From Candidatus Poribacteria bacterium (GTDB taxonomy: Bacteria; Poribacteria; WGA-4E; WGA-3G), in contig OZ242029.1 in assembly GCA_965205015.1 (NCBI GenBank), positions 4,096,001 to 4,160,000 on the forward strand: 64,000 bases of DNA. Direction: 5' to 3'. Every line of letters starts with the position of its first letter. Position 1 is the first letter of the stretch. The notes beneath the pieces were generated by a model. It was not told the DNA's origin. It made no database searches and worked only from the letters and a program-made list of their open reading frames with translations. This document shows, one piece after another, positions 26,589 to 36,704 of the stretch. The position numbers and the translations under genes were made by a program.

Positions 26589-28160
26589 ATGCTAACGTTC
26601 TTTCTCGCGGCCTTTGTGCTTCTCATCAACATCAGTGCGCATCTGTTCCAGATATCGGAGTACTATCCGGCGATAAGCCATTTCTACTATGGCGTGGTCG
26701 TTCTGTCGGTTCTTTACACGACACCTCGTGGGCAGAACATTTTGTTCGGGATTACGACGGTAGCCAATTGGATTTACGTCTTCCGTTATCCGAAGCATGC
26801 TGAAACTATTATCATAGCACTCCTCTATCCGTTTGCCGCCTATGCGGTGATCCGCATTATTCGTCAACTGCAAACCCAAAGGCGTAGCAGGGTTGAACAA
26901 ATAGAGGAGATAAACAGTGTCAACGCGAATTTAGAAAAACAGGTCCGGGACATCTCTACACTTTTTGAGGTGAGCCAATCGGCGAACACCAACCTTGATC
27001 TGGAGGGACTCTTCCAGCGTATCATTGAAATTTTATCCAAGCGGCTCGGTATCTACCGCGGTGCTTTGCATCTCTATGAAGACGGGAAGGTTGTTACGTC
27101 CACAGAAGTCGTTTTAGGACTTACACCCGCAGAGATGAAACGCGGTACTGACAATCAGATAGAAGACATCCAGAAACAGGTGCTCGCATCAGGGAAAGCG
27201 ATAGGCGTTCCACAAACCCGAAGTCCACGGAGTTCCATCAAACTTTTTGAGCCGGAACGTGTCAAATCCAAAGACGTGATCGCCTTCTGGTGCATCCCAA
27301 TTATCGTGGAAGAAAACGTTATCGGTACGCTGACGATCGACAAAGCCTCAGATGAATTTTCCGCAGAGGATGACCGGCGACTCTTGACGATTATCGCTTC
27401 CATTATCGCACAGCGCGTCAAAATCCAACAGACAATCGACGCACTCGTTGAATCCGAACGGATGGCGACCTTGGGGCGGTTGGTCCGAACTATCGCACAC
27501 GAGGTCCGAAATCCTTTAGGGAGCATCCGACTCGGTACACAACTGCTTCAACACAACGATGTAGAGTTCGGTTCATCAATCGAAACCTATTCTGAAGACA
27601 TCCAGCTCTCTCAAAATGAGATTAAGGAATACACAGGGATCATTATAAAAGAGGTGGACAGGCTGAACCGATTCATTGAACAATTACTCGCCTTCAGCAA
27701 ACCCACAATGGAAGTCGCAAAACAGAGCGATATCCATCAACTCCTTGATAGCAGTTTGGCTATCTGTCGACCAGAGTTGGAACTTCGTGCTACGACAGTG
27801 ATCACACAATACGGCGACTGTCCAGAGGTCAATGTCAATGAGGATGGAATCACACAAGTACTTCTGAATCTATTCTATAACGCTATAGAAGCAATGGACA
27901 CAGACGGAACTTTGACAATTCAGACAGAATACGTCCTAGAAACGGAAATCGTGCGTGTCCGCGTCCAAGATGATGGACCCGGGATTCCACCTGAGGATAT
28001 ACCGATGCTGTTTGATCCTTTTTATACCACTAAACAGAAAGGAACAGGGTTGGGACTTTACATCAGCCAAAAAATTCTCGCTGAACACCGAGGGCGCATT
28101 GAAGTCGATGCGAACCTTGAAGTCGGTACAGCGTTTGTTATGTCGCTCCCTGTCCGTTGA
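26589..28160 (+). CDS. Membrane sensor histidine kinase with GAF domain (NtrB-like)
   Basis: N-terminal TMs, GAF (CIPIIVEENVIGTL), AHEVRNPL, NAIEA, DDGPGI, GTGLGL. Confidence 0.92.
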   Translation: MLTFFLAAFVLLINISAHLFQISEYYPAISHFYYGVVVLSVLYTTPRGQNILFGITTVANWIYVFRYPKHAETIIIALLYPFAAYAVIRIIRQLQTQRRSRVEQIEEINSVNANLEKQVRDISTLFEVSQSANTNLDLEGLFQRIIEILSKRLGIYRGALHLYEDGKVVTSTEVVLGLTPAEMKRGTDNQIEDIQKQVLASGKAIGVPQTRSPRSSIKLFEPERVKSKDVIAFWCIPIIVEENVIGTLTIDKASDEFSAEDDRRLLTIIASIIAQRVKIQQTIDALVESERMATLGRLVRTIAHEVRNPLGSIRLGTQLLQHNDVEFGSSIETYSEDIQLSQNEIKEYTGIIIKEVDRLNRFIEQLLAFSKPTMEVAKQSDIHQLLDSSLAICRPELELRATTVITQYGDCPEVNVNEDGITQVLLNLFYNAIEAMDTDGTLTIQTEYVLETEIVRVRVQDDGPGIPPEDIPMLFDPFYTTKQKGTGLGLYISQKILAEHRGRIEVDANLEVGTAFVMSLPVR

Positions 28161-28182
28161 AAATATAGCCATCGCACCCAGG

Positions 28183-28330
28183 AGTGGTTTTCGATTTCGG
28201 GGTATCAGTTATCGGCTAAGATGCACTTTGTAACAATCTACCGCACCTAGAATATTTCAAGACGCTGTGCATTGTTACAGGAAACCTCTTAACTGAAGAC
28301 TGATAACCGATAACTGACAACTATTAAAAA
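28183..28330. repeat. Heptamer-armed palindromic intergenic element
   Basis: ggtatcagttatcgg...tgtaacaat...attgttaca...cctcttaactgaagactgataaccgataactgacaact. Confidence 0.65.
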
Positions 28331-29752
28331 ATGTCAAATCTTGTGCTTATTGCTGACGATGACGACAGCCTCCGACAAATACTCGCTGCGACGTTACAGA
28401 GAGCCGGCTATCGGACCCTCAAAGCCCGAAATGGCGCCGAAACGCTCGCCTGTATCAAGGAAACGAATGTCGATGTCATTCTGCTTGACATTTGGTTAGG
28501 GGATGCCAACGGAATTGAACTCATCGAGGACATTCAGGGGTACAATAGCACTGCGTCTATTATTATAATCACTGCCCACGGAACGACTCAAACTGCTATT
28601 GACGCGGCAAAGCAACGCGCCTATGGATACCTCACAAAACCGATCGATCAACGGCAATTGCTCGATCTCGTGTCGCGCGCTGCAGATGCCAGCAACCAAA
28701 CGAAAAACGTCAAGACCTCTACAACTCCCGTTGACGTTGACGGACAGGGGCGGATGGTCGGTCAGAGTCCAGCAATGCAGGAGGTCTATCATAAGATTGG
28801 ACGTGCCGCTGTCAGTGACGAAACCGTCCTCGTTTTAGGTGAAAGCGGAACGGGTAAAGAACTGGTCGCCCAACTTATTCATCAAAACAGTGATCGAGTC
28901 GACAATCCATTCGTCGTTGTTGATTGTGGTGCCATGCCTTCGAGTCTTATCGAAAGCGCACTCTTTGGGCACGTCAAAGGTGCGTATACCGATGCACACA
29001 CCGCAAGGAAAGGGAAATTCCAACAGGCAGACAGTGGGACGATCTTCCTCGATGAAATCGGTGAATTGCCGATTGAAGTTCAGATGAAATTGCTGCGGGT
29101 CCTCCAAGAACGAGAAGTCGAACCGATGGGCGGTACCGAGACCCACGCCGTTGATGTCAGAATCATCGCTGCAACCAACCGGCGCCTTGAAACAGCGATT
29201 GAGCAGAAAACCTTCAGGGAGGACCTCTACTATCGTCTGAACGTCATTCCCATTTCTCTGCCCCCGCTGCGGGAACGAAAAGAGGATATCCCGGAACTCA
29301 TAGACCTGTTCATCCGCCGATTCGTCGAAGAATATCAACTCCCCAAAATCGGTATCTCCGCGGACGTTGCGAAACTTCTTACGGCGCATGAGTGGCCCGG
29401 GAACGTCCGCGAATTAGAAAATGCTATCAAACGGGCACTCGTGATGTGTTCAGGACAAATGTTATTGCCCGAGCATTTCGATCCGATGCTCGAAAAATCG
29501 ATCCCGACCAGTGAGCTGGGAAATCTTGACACACAAATTTATCATCTGCTTCAAACCCACATTCAGCACTCTATGGAATCTGAAGCATCTCCCGAGGAAC
29601 TTTATGCTGAAATTCGAGCGATCTTTGAGAAACCGCTCTTTAAAATCGTGCTTGAGCATACCAAAGGAAATCGGAGTAAAGCGTCAGACATCCTCGGCAT
29701 TAACCGAAATACGCTCCATACAAAACTTGTTGAGTACAATCTCGTTTCTTAG
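28331..29752 (+). CDS. Sigma54-dependent NtrC-family response regulator
   Basis: Receiver domain (ADDD...LLD...KP), GESGTGKE, LFGHVKGAYT, FLDEIG, WPGNVRELEN, Fis-type HTH. Confidence 0.93.
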   Translation: MSNLVLIADDDDSLRQILAATLQRAGYRTLKARNGAETLACIKETNVDVILLDIWLGDANGIELIEDIQGYNSTASIIIITAHGTTQTAIDAAKQRAYGYLTKPIDQRQLLDLVSRAADASNQTKNVKTSTTPVDVDGQGRMVGQSPAMQEVYHKIGRAAVSDETVLVLGESGTGKELVAQLIHQNSDRVDNPFVVVDCGAMPSSLIESALFGHVKGAYTDAHTARKGKFQQADSGTIFLDEIGELPIEVQMKLLRVLQEREVEPMGGTETHAVDVRIIAATNRRLETAIEQKTFREDLYYRLNVIPISLPPLRERKEDIPELIDLFIRRFVEEYQLPKIGISADVAKLLTAHEWPGNVRELENAIKRALVMCSGQMLLPEHFDPMLEKSIPTSELGNLDTQIYHLLQTHIQHSMESEASPEELYAEIRAIFEKPLFKIVLEHTKGNRSKASDILGINRNTLHTKLVEYNLVS

Positions 29753-29929
29753 AAGATATAGGTGTGTTCTCTTAATTAGAAAGATGGAGCCTGCAACAAT
29801 ACGCAGAAACACCCCGCTGAATGCCACACGCGCATTCAGCGTTGATTCGCAAAAACACGCAGGCGGATTCTCTGAGGGGCACGTTAAAGTTCAAACCCAC
29901 GTTGTTTAACCGCAAGGTAAGCTTAAAAA

Positions 29930-30217
29930 ATGGATTTAGGAAAAGTAATTGGAACCGTCGTCGCAACTCGAAAAGACGCGAGTTTAGAAGGTTCACGTCT
30001 CCTTATCGTGCAACCCTTAGACGAGAAACGCGACCCCATTTCTGAACCGATCGTCGCTGTGGATACACTACACGACGCAGGCGTTGGTGAAACCGTCTAC
30101 TATGTTACGGGTGGGGACGCCGTAAGCGTCATACCCGGTAAGCGGATGCCGGTCGATGTTGCCATCGTTGGCCTCGTCGATTCTATTTCGCTGGTCGACA
30201 CAAAGAATAGCAGTTAA
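29930..30217 (+). CDS. EutN/CcmL bacterial microcompartment vertex (BMC-P) protein
   Basis: LGKVIGTVVATRK...LLIVQP...VAVD...AGVGE...DVAIVGLVD. Confidence 0.92.
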   Translation: MDLGKVIGTVVATRKDASLEGSRLLIVQPLDEKRDPISEPIVAVDTLHDAGVGETVYYVTGGDAVSVIPGKRMPVDVAIVGLVDSISLVDTKNSS

Positions 30218-30306
30218 AAATCTGAATTATGATCATCAGATTTGTCATGATTGGGTATACTTGTCATCATGGTAAATCACATAAATCACGGTAATCCTGA
30301 TAAAAA

Positions 30307-30594
30307 ATGTACATTGCCAAAGTAATCGGAAAAGTCGTTTCTATCGTTAAACATCCTGCATACGAAAATCGCACCCTGCTGCTCATCCAACCGTTGAGCG
30401 TCAAATCTAAACTCGTTCGTACCCCCACGATTGCTGTCGACTATGTCGGTGCTGGCGAAGGAGATACAGTGATAGTCGGTGCAGGTCCGGGGGTAGCACA
30501 AGAGGTATTCGGCATTGAAGACGCACCGATCCGAGAACTCGTCATGGGGATTGTCGATCGGGTTGATATAACACTTCAGGAGGAACCAACATGA
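30307..30594 (+). CDS. EutN/CcmL bacterial microcompartment vertex (BMC-P) protein
   Basis: IAKVIGKVVSIVKH...AVDYVGAGEGD...MGIVD. Confidence 0.92.
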   Translation: MYIAKVIGKVVSIVKHPAYENRTLLLIQPLSVKSKLVRTPTIAVDYVGAGEGDTVIVGAGPGVAQEVFGIEDAPIRELVMGIVDRVDITLQEEPT

Positions 30595-31184
30595 GACGCA
30601 TGATTCTAACGCTCTGCTGCCTTACGATGATCTGCTTACACCTCAATGCGTGTAGAGTTGCGCAGGTGTTATCCACACAGTACAGCGAAAATATAGCGAG
30701 TGCCGCCTACGGCACCGAAGCGAACCACCCCGGCATAAACGATGGAAATCTGGAAACTTTGGCGACACTCCCGGCGCGTAATGAACGGAATTTCATCATC
30801 AGATTCGCTGAGGTCCATCCAGTACGAAAAATTATTATTCACAACATCAACCTCTTCCGGTTCGAGATGGACTATCTGAACCCTGAAACCGGTGAATGGG
30901 AGACTTTTCATACAGTCATTCAACGACGTAATATCGGCGACGAACGCGCGCAACCCGAATTCGTCTTTGATCGATTGAACTTCCAGACAAAGATGATTCG
31001 CGTCGCCGTTACCCGAACTGTCGATGATGTCATTGTCAATAAGATAGTGGCAGAACCGGGGGACAAAGTCGTTGACCGGCGGACGACCCTTGTCGGTCAA
31101 TACTACCCACATTATCGCGTCATGCAACCCGCAGCCGCTCAAATCCGTGAAATTGAGGTCTATCACCTCGCTGAGAACAAGTAG
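30591..31184 (+). CDS. Hypothetical lipoprotein, possible discoidin/galactose-binding fold
   Basis: LNAC lipobox, INDGNLET, terminal IREIEVY; ATGA overlap and AGGAGG SD. Confidence 0.65.
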   Translation: MRRMILTLCCLTMICLHLNACRVAQVLSTQYSENIASAAYGTEANHPGINDGNLETLATLPARNERNFIIRFAEVHPVRKIIIHNINLFRFEMDYLNPETGEWETFHTVIQRRNIGDERAQPEFVFDRLNFQTKMIRVAVTRTVDDVIVNKIVAEPGDKVVDRRTTLVGQYYPHYRVMQPAAAQIREIEVYHLAENK

Positions 31185-31198
31185 GCACGACCTCTTTA

Positions 31199-31320
31199 TG
31201 GTTTTCGGTGCGGGGTACTACGCAACCCTTTCGGTACTCGGTTTTCGGTTAAGAGGTCTTCGTTTAGCAAAGGTTCCTTGTAACCGAGAACCGTTAACCG
31301 AGAACTAAAAACTATTTTAA
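31199..31320. repeat. Heptamer-armed palindromic intergenic element
   Basis: ggttttcgg...ggttttcggttaagagg...aaccgagaaccgttaaccgagaactaaaaact. Confidence 0.65.
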
Positions 31321-31375
31321 AGAAAAATGAAACCACTCGCAACGAACACTGTAAAGAGTTTATCTAATCACGGAT

Positions 31376-34300
31376 ATGATAATGCAAATTTGTCTCATAG
31401 CACTGCGCGCGCCTACGTATAAACGGTTCCTACAATTATTAATAGCACTTTTCCTTTGCTTGAATACCTCTTCCCTGCCTATCTCGACCTCGGAAACCCG
31501 TTCTTTTGGAATTGCAGCTGCAGCACCGATTCCGTTGAGAAACCAAAGTACCGCTGCTGCGACAAGGAACAGCGCAAAAACCCAAAGAGAGATTGAATTG
31601 GTGCGTAGTACCTCACAAGGTGTAACGATCCAACTCGTCATCCCTAAATCTGATTTCTTTATAGCAGACGGCGGTCAGCAATCGGCAGTCAGCAATCAGC
31701 AAGAGGGAATTGAGAGAAATCCGGGTTACAAACCCCTCCCCCAACCTTTTACCGACAGCCAATTCATATCTTTCCCCGGCTGTAACTTCACTTCCGAATT
31801 CGGGATGCCGCGCCTTCCGACGCAATCTACGCTCATTGGTGTTCCATCAGACGTAGGTTTCCAATTGCGGGTGATTGATAAAGATTTTAGCACGCGTAAG
31901 ATAGAGACAAATGCACCCACTTTGAGCCAACAAAGAGATAGTTTCTTCCCGACGCGTCTCGCAGAGATCAGAGAAGCGGGTTGGATCCGAGAGAACCGCG
32001 TCCTCCCGATTCAACTGAATCCTGTCCAGTACAATCCTGTCCGCCGTGAAGTGAGGCTCTACCACCGTCTCGTGGTAGAGGTCCGCTTTCGTAGCGGCGA
32101 GGTAACCGCATCCCTACCAAGGTCCACGCCGTCTACTGTGTTATCGACGCTACCAAGCGGTTCACAGACTGAATCTGATGTTTATACCGCAATCTTCGCT
32201 GATATGCTTGTTAACCCACAGAGTGCCATGAAATGGCGTGCGTCTCCCATTTCGTTTGCAAAACGAGCACCTGGGGCACCGAGTGTGCCGTTCACAGGAC
32301 CCCGCTATAGAATCCGTATCACTGACTCTGGAATGTACAGCATTACAGCACAGGATCTCGCAGCTGCCGGTGCCAGTTTGGAGGCGATAGTGCCAGCGAC
32401 ATTGCGGCTAACAAATAAAGGGAAACAGATACCGATTTTTGTGCGTGGTGAAGGCGACAAAAGATTTGACCCAACAGATGAAATCATCTTCTATGGCGAA
32501 CGCCAGCACGGAGAAAAGAGTTATATCCACCCTTATTCCGATGAGAACATCTATTGGCTCTCCTGGGGTGCGGGACCCGGGATTCGGATGGGAGCGAAAA
32601 CGCCACTTCCACATACAAATAACGCGCAGTCTTACAAGATTTTTCTCACACGCGCACATATCGAGAAAGACCGACAGTTTAGACGCTTCCGTCATGTAAA
32701 CCTTACAGAAAGCCAGACATATGTAGAATTTAGTCAAGGGTTACTACAACGGCACTTCCGCTTGACGGAGCTACCACCGCTTCCAGATGACAGCTGGTTT
32801 TGGGCACAACTCACCGCACCTGCGCTGAAAACGTTTAACTTCAATCTTCCCGGCGTTTCTGAGACGGCGCTACCGACAACCGTCCGAGTCGGCCTTCACG
32901 GTAGATCCAACACACCGCACCTATGTACTATTTGGCTAAATGATAAAATCGAATTTGGAGAAGCCCGCTGGAATGGCGAAACCGAATACCAAATTCTTAA
33001 TCAGGAGATCCCCCAATCCTTTTTTAATCCAGGAAAGAACGCAATTCGGATTACAAATCCTGTTACCCCTGAATCGCCTATTGATATCATCCTGTTCAAT
33101 TGGCTCCAAATCGACTACTGGCGAGATTTTAAAGCGGAAGCAGATGTGCTCCCCTTTGCAATTACACCGTTCTGGGACGAAACAGGGGCTGTGAACCCAG
33201 GCTTCGAGGTCGAATTAAAGAACTTTACCACACCAGACGTCGAAATTTACGGCATTGACGGCACTCGCTACGTAGGCTTATCCGCTCGCACTGACCCGAA
33301 AGCGCCTGGTACCTATAAAATTCTGTTCCGTTCGACCCAAATTCGTCCTAAGGAGGCGAGCGATCCTACGATCCAATACATTGCGCTTACCCGGCGTCAA
33401 TTCCGAAAACCGAAAATCGCAGTAGATGCGCCATCCGATCTGCGTAGCACTCACAACGCGGCAGACTATATTATTATTACACATAACCACTTCATTCAGG
33501 ACGTTCAACCGCTTGCCGATTATCGATCTCAACAAGGGCTGCGCACCAAAATCGTAGATGTTCAAAACATCTACGATGAATTTAACGACGGTATTCTCGA
33601 TCCCAAGGCTATCCGTGATTTTCTCAATTACGCGTATCATCATTGGCAGCCGCCTGCGCCAACTTATGTGTTTCTCGTGGGCGACACAAATATTGACATC
33701 AAAAATAAACTTAATTTTGTGCCAACGGTTCAGGTGCAAATCCCTGGTTACGGATCCGGGGCGTCCGACCATCAATTCGTTACATTTCGAGGGGAAGATA
33801 GTTTTCCAGACATGCTCATCGGTAGAATGCCGGCGAACAATCGCGTGGATCTCCGCATATTTATCGAACGCACGATTAACTATGAAACATCTTCGCCAGT
33901 CGGTTCTTGGCATAAGCGGCTCCTCATGCTCGCAGGGTCGGATATCAGATTCCATTGGCAAACCACGCAACTCATTTCCCATAATCAACTGAGCGACAGA
34001 TATGAAACCCAACGTATCTATGCACCCCATACGGATGACCCGGTTTTGACAGGCGACGACACTGCCCTCACGCCCGTCGGTAGACGGGTGATCGACGGCT
34101 TTAACGACGGTGCGAGTATTGTCAACTATATCGGGCATGGCGGGGGAGGGAGATGGGCTTCCAGCCGGATGCTCGACTTTGCAGACCCCCAACAGAACTT
34201 AACCAATATTTCACAACTCCCCTTAGTTATTAGCATGACCTGCTATACCGGTTCCTTTGATGAAGATATAAACAGTCTTGCTGAAGAACTCCTCCGTTCT

Positions 34301-36586
34301 GAAAATGGGGGTGCTGTTGCTGTCATTGGGGCAACCAGTATCGGACTGCTCGATGGCGACTACTATCTGAACGCAGAAATCTTTGACGTTATCTTCAATC
34401 AACAGATACATAATTTCGGTGCCATTCTTGCGCAAGCAAAAACCCAGTTCCTCACCAATACACCCAGATTCCTTGATCTCGCCGAGGTTTTCACGCTTTT
34501 CGGCGATCCTGCGACAGACTTGAAGATACCGCCTAACACAATACAGGTCACAGTAGACATCAGTGCTGAGCAAGGGCGAAATACCTCTCAAGGAGATACC
34601 TTTCTCTCCGTTTCTGCAACGCTACCTGATCGGAATTTTAGTGGGGATGCCGAAATTACCGTTGTGCCGACAACTGAAGCCGTAAGCTCCGAGAACATAA
34701 AACTGAACCCCGAAATTGTTTCTATCGTCAATGGACAGGTCAACACAGAAATGCGTGTCCCCGCTGATCCCAACTTTGATGTCGGGGCTGTCCAGATTTA
34801 CGCATGGAATGCAAATGAAGAGGCTTTAGGGCATGCTACCTACAATATCTTAGATCGATACGCCAACAACGTCCGTCTTGTCCCTTTTCCGGTCGCAGCG
34901 AACCAACCCGCGCATCTCTATGTAGAAGTTGTGGACGAAAATGCTATTGACGACATAACGCTGTTTTGGAGTCTGGATGGTCATGAATTTTTCACGATTC
35001 CCGTTGTGCCACATGCTGGCACAACCTATAGAAGCCAGCGACCGATTCCCGCATATCCGGATGGAGAAATTATCGATTATTACGCGGAAATCAGGGTCAA
35101 AAGTGGGCGAACATTTCAAACAGAGTTGGTCACCTACCATATCGGATATGATGAAATTGATATCGACCTTGTCGTTTTGGACCAGACCTTGGCATGGGAC
35201 ACTACATCTCCGTTTACACTCTCGGTACAGGTCCGGAACCGAAAGAACCAAACAGCCCGAAACGTACCCGTTCGGTTCTTTGTGAAAGCAGTGAGTGGGA
35301 ACACCGATATCCCCAATCCAAACGTTAGCGTTGCGACGATCCTTGCAGAGCTCCAAAATGCTACGCCAATCGGCGACCTCCAAATACTTCCGGAAGTGCT
35401 ACCCGGTAGCCAGGTCGCTGTGAGTGTACCTTGGCAACCGCCCCCGGGTGAATATCTCGTCACCGTCTATGTAGACCCACCATCTGCCGACCTTCCGCAG
35501 GGAAGCATCATTGAAGAACGCGAACGGAACAACTGGACCTCGCGGCAGTTTTCGGGCAATCGTATTATTCTAACACCCGAAACACTCGATCAACCGATTC
35601 AGAGTCCAGACGGTATCTTTCGTATTGCTGTTCCGCCCGGCGGTGTACAAACAAGTACCGTCCTGACTTATGCCGAAGAAGCGCTTACCATTACAAATCA
35701 ACCTGATATTACAGCGGAAACCCTCTCAACATCGGGAACCCTCGCCTATCAATTTGACGTGGAGGGATCGGGGGCGCACACCCCTCCTACACTGCCGGTA
35801 ACCGCCACTTTCAAAAAAGAAGGAGATGGTGATGCCTATATCTATCGGCGCGATAATGACAACGGAAATTGGATTCGGGTCGGCGAGCAAACGACGAGTG
35901 GAAACACTATCTCTGCGGCGGTAAAACTGCCCGGAACATTTGCGCTGCTCTCACACAGTGACACACGTCCCCCCGTGCTTGACTTAACCTTTGACCATCA
36001 AGGTTTTGTCGATGGCGACTATATCTCTGATACACCCACCATCTCAGCGCGGATTGAGGACGCAAACGGGGTTGATTCACGACCGGAGAATATAATCCTC
36101 ACCAAAAACGGTGAAAACGTGCCTCAAGATGAATATGTAATTGCAGCATCGCCTACCAACAATAGCTTGCTCCTGATAACCTATACGCCTGTCTTAGAAC
36201 CGGGCGAATACCGCATCCGGTTACAGGCACAGGACGCAAACGGCAATATCTCAGACACGGAGCGCACTGGAACTGTTGCTGGGGAATTTGAAATCAAAAA
36301 TATTGCCAACTTCCCAAATCCATTTATGCCGGGAAGCGGGACCTATTTCGCTTATTACCTCACGGAAAGTGCGGACGAGGTAAGCCTGAAAATCTACACG
36401 ATTACAGGGCGCCGCGTTATTGCCATTGATACCTTGGATGCGTCCGTCTCCTTCAACGAATTCCACTACGACGGCTACGACAGGGACGGCGAACCGCTTG
36501 CGAACGGGGTCTATCTCTACAAATTTACCGCTCGCAAAGGGGATGTCCGTAAACAAAAGGTCGGGAAAATCGCAGTACGGAAGTAG
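31376..36586 (+). CDS. Peptidase C25 (gingipain/PorU-like) with propeptide, CARDB/Ig domains and C-terminal FlgD-Ig domain; start uncertain
   Basis: GMPRLP...LNPVQYNP propeptide, ADYIIITH, IYDEF, YVFLVGD, IGRMP, NYIGHGG (His), SMTCYTG (Cys), LFGDPA, NFPNPF, LANGVYLY. Confidence 0.88.
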   Translation: MIMQICLIALRAPTYKRFLQLLIALFLCLNTSSLPISTSETRSFGIAAAAPIPLRNQSTAAATRNSAKTQREIELVRSTSQGVTIQLVIPKSDFFIADGGQQSAVSNQQEGIERNPGYKPLPQPFTDSQFISFPGCNFTSEFGMPRLPTQSTLIGVPSDVGFQLRVIDKDFSTRKIETNAPTLSQQRDSFFPTRLAEIREAGWIRENRVLPIQLNPVQYNPVRREVRLYHRLVVEVRFRSGEVTASLPRSTPSTVLSTLPSGSQTESDVYTAIFADMLVNPQSAMKWRASPISFAKRAPGAPSVPFTGPRYRIRITDSGMYSITAQDLAAAGASLEAIVPATLRLTNKGKQIPIFVRGEGDKRFDPTDEIIFYGERQHGEKSYIHPYSDENIYWLSWGAGPGIRMGAKTPLPHTNNAQSYKIFLTRAHIEKDRQFRRFRHVNLTESQTYVEFSQGLLQRHFRLTELPPLPDDSWFWAQLTAPALKTFNFNLPGVSETALPTTVRVGLHGRSNTPHLCTIWLNDKIEFGEARWNGETEYQILNQEIPQSFFNPGKNAIRITNPVTPESPIDIILFNWLQIDYWRDFKAEADVLPFAITPFWDETGAVNPGFEVELKNFTTPDVEIYGIDGTRYVGLSARTDPKAPGTYKILFRSTQIRPKEASDPTIQYIALTRRQFRKPKIAVDAPSDLRSTHNAADYIIITHNHFIQDVQPLADYRSQQGLRTKIVDVQNIYDEFNDGILDPKAIRDFLNYAYHHWQPPAPTYVFLVGDTNIDIKNKLNFVPTVQVQIPGYGSGASDHQFVTFRGEDSFPDMLIGRMPANNRVDLRIFIERTINYETSSPVGSWHKRLLMLAGSDIRFHWQTTQLISHNQLSDRYETQRIYAPHTDDPVLTGDDTALTPVGRRVIDGFNDGASIVNYIGHGGGGRWASSRMLDFADPQQNLTNISQLPLVISMTCYTGSFDEDINSLAEELLRSENGGAVAVIGATSIGLLDGDYYLNAEIFDVIFNQQIHNFGAILAQAKTQFLTNTPRFLDLAEVFTLFGDPATDLKIPPNTIQVTVDISAEQGRNTSQGDTFLSVSATLPDRNFSGDAEITVVPTTEAVSSENIKLNPEIVSIVNGQVNTEMRVPADPNFDVGAVQIYAWNANEEALGHATYNILDRYANNVRLVPFPVAANQPAHLYVEVVDENAIDDITLFWSLDGHEFFTIPVVPHAGTTYRSQRPIPAYPDGEIIDYYAEIRVKSGRTFQTELVTYHIGYDEIDIDLVVLDQTLAWDTTSPFTLSVQVRNRKNQTARNVPVRFFVKAVSGNTDIPNPNVSVATILAELQNATPIGDLQILPEVLPGSQVAVSVPWQPPPGEYLVTVYVDPPSADLPQGSIIEERERNNWTSRQFSGNRIILTPETLDQPIQSPDGIFRIAVPPGGVQTSTVLTYAEEALTITNQPDITAETLSTSGTLAYQFDVEGSGAHTPPTLPVTATFKKEGDGDAYIYRRDNDNGNWIRVGEQTTSGNTISAAVKLPGTFALLSHSDTRPPVLDLTFDHQGFVDGDYISDTPTISARIEDANGVDSRPENIILTKNGENVPQDEYVIAASPTNNSLLLITYTPVLEPGEYRIRLQAQDANGNISDTERTGTVAGEFEIKNIANFPNPFMPGSGTYFAYYLTESADEVSLKIYTITGRRVIAIDTLDASVSFNEFHYDGYDRDGEPLANGVYLYKFTARKGDVRKQKVGKIAVRK

Positions 36587-36704
36587 GTACAGGACAAAAT
36601 CCGCAGCTTTTGTGGGGATTAACGCACTCTTCTGAGTTCAACGTCATGGTTCCCCACAACCTATCGGAAACTGAATCCCGCAGGGGCGGCAGGTTTATAG
36701 AGAA

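Noticed and set aside
28182-28189. Possible TnpB guide target (gagtggtt)
   Set aside because: Only an 8-nt match, expected by chance in 64 kb
29876-29892. Sigma54 promoter for the EutN genes (ggggcacgttaaagttc)
   Set aside because: GGCAC is present but the conserved -12 GC is missing
33278-34192. 304-aa antisense ORF and many similar shadow ORFs (e.g. 49894-50544)
   Set aside because: Antisense to well-supported genes, with no motifs; explained by codon bias
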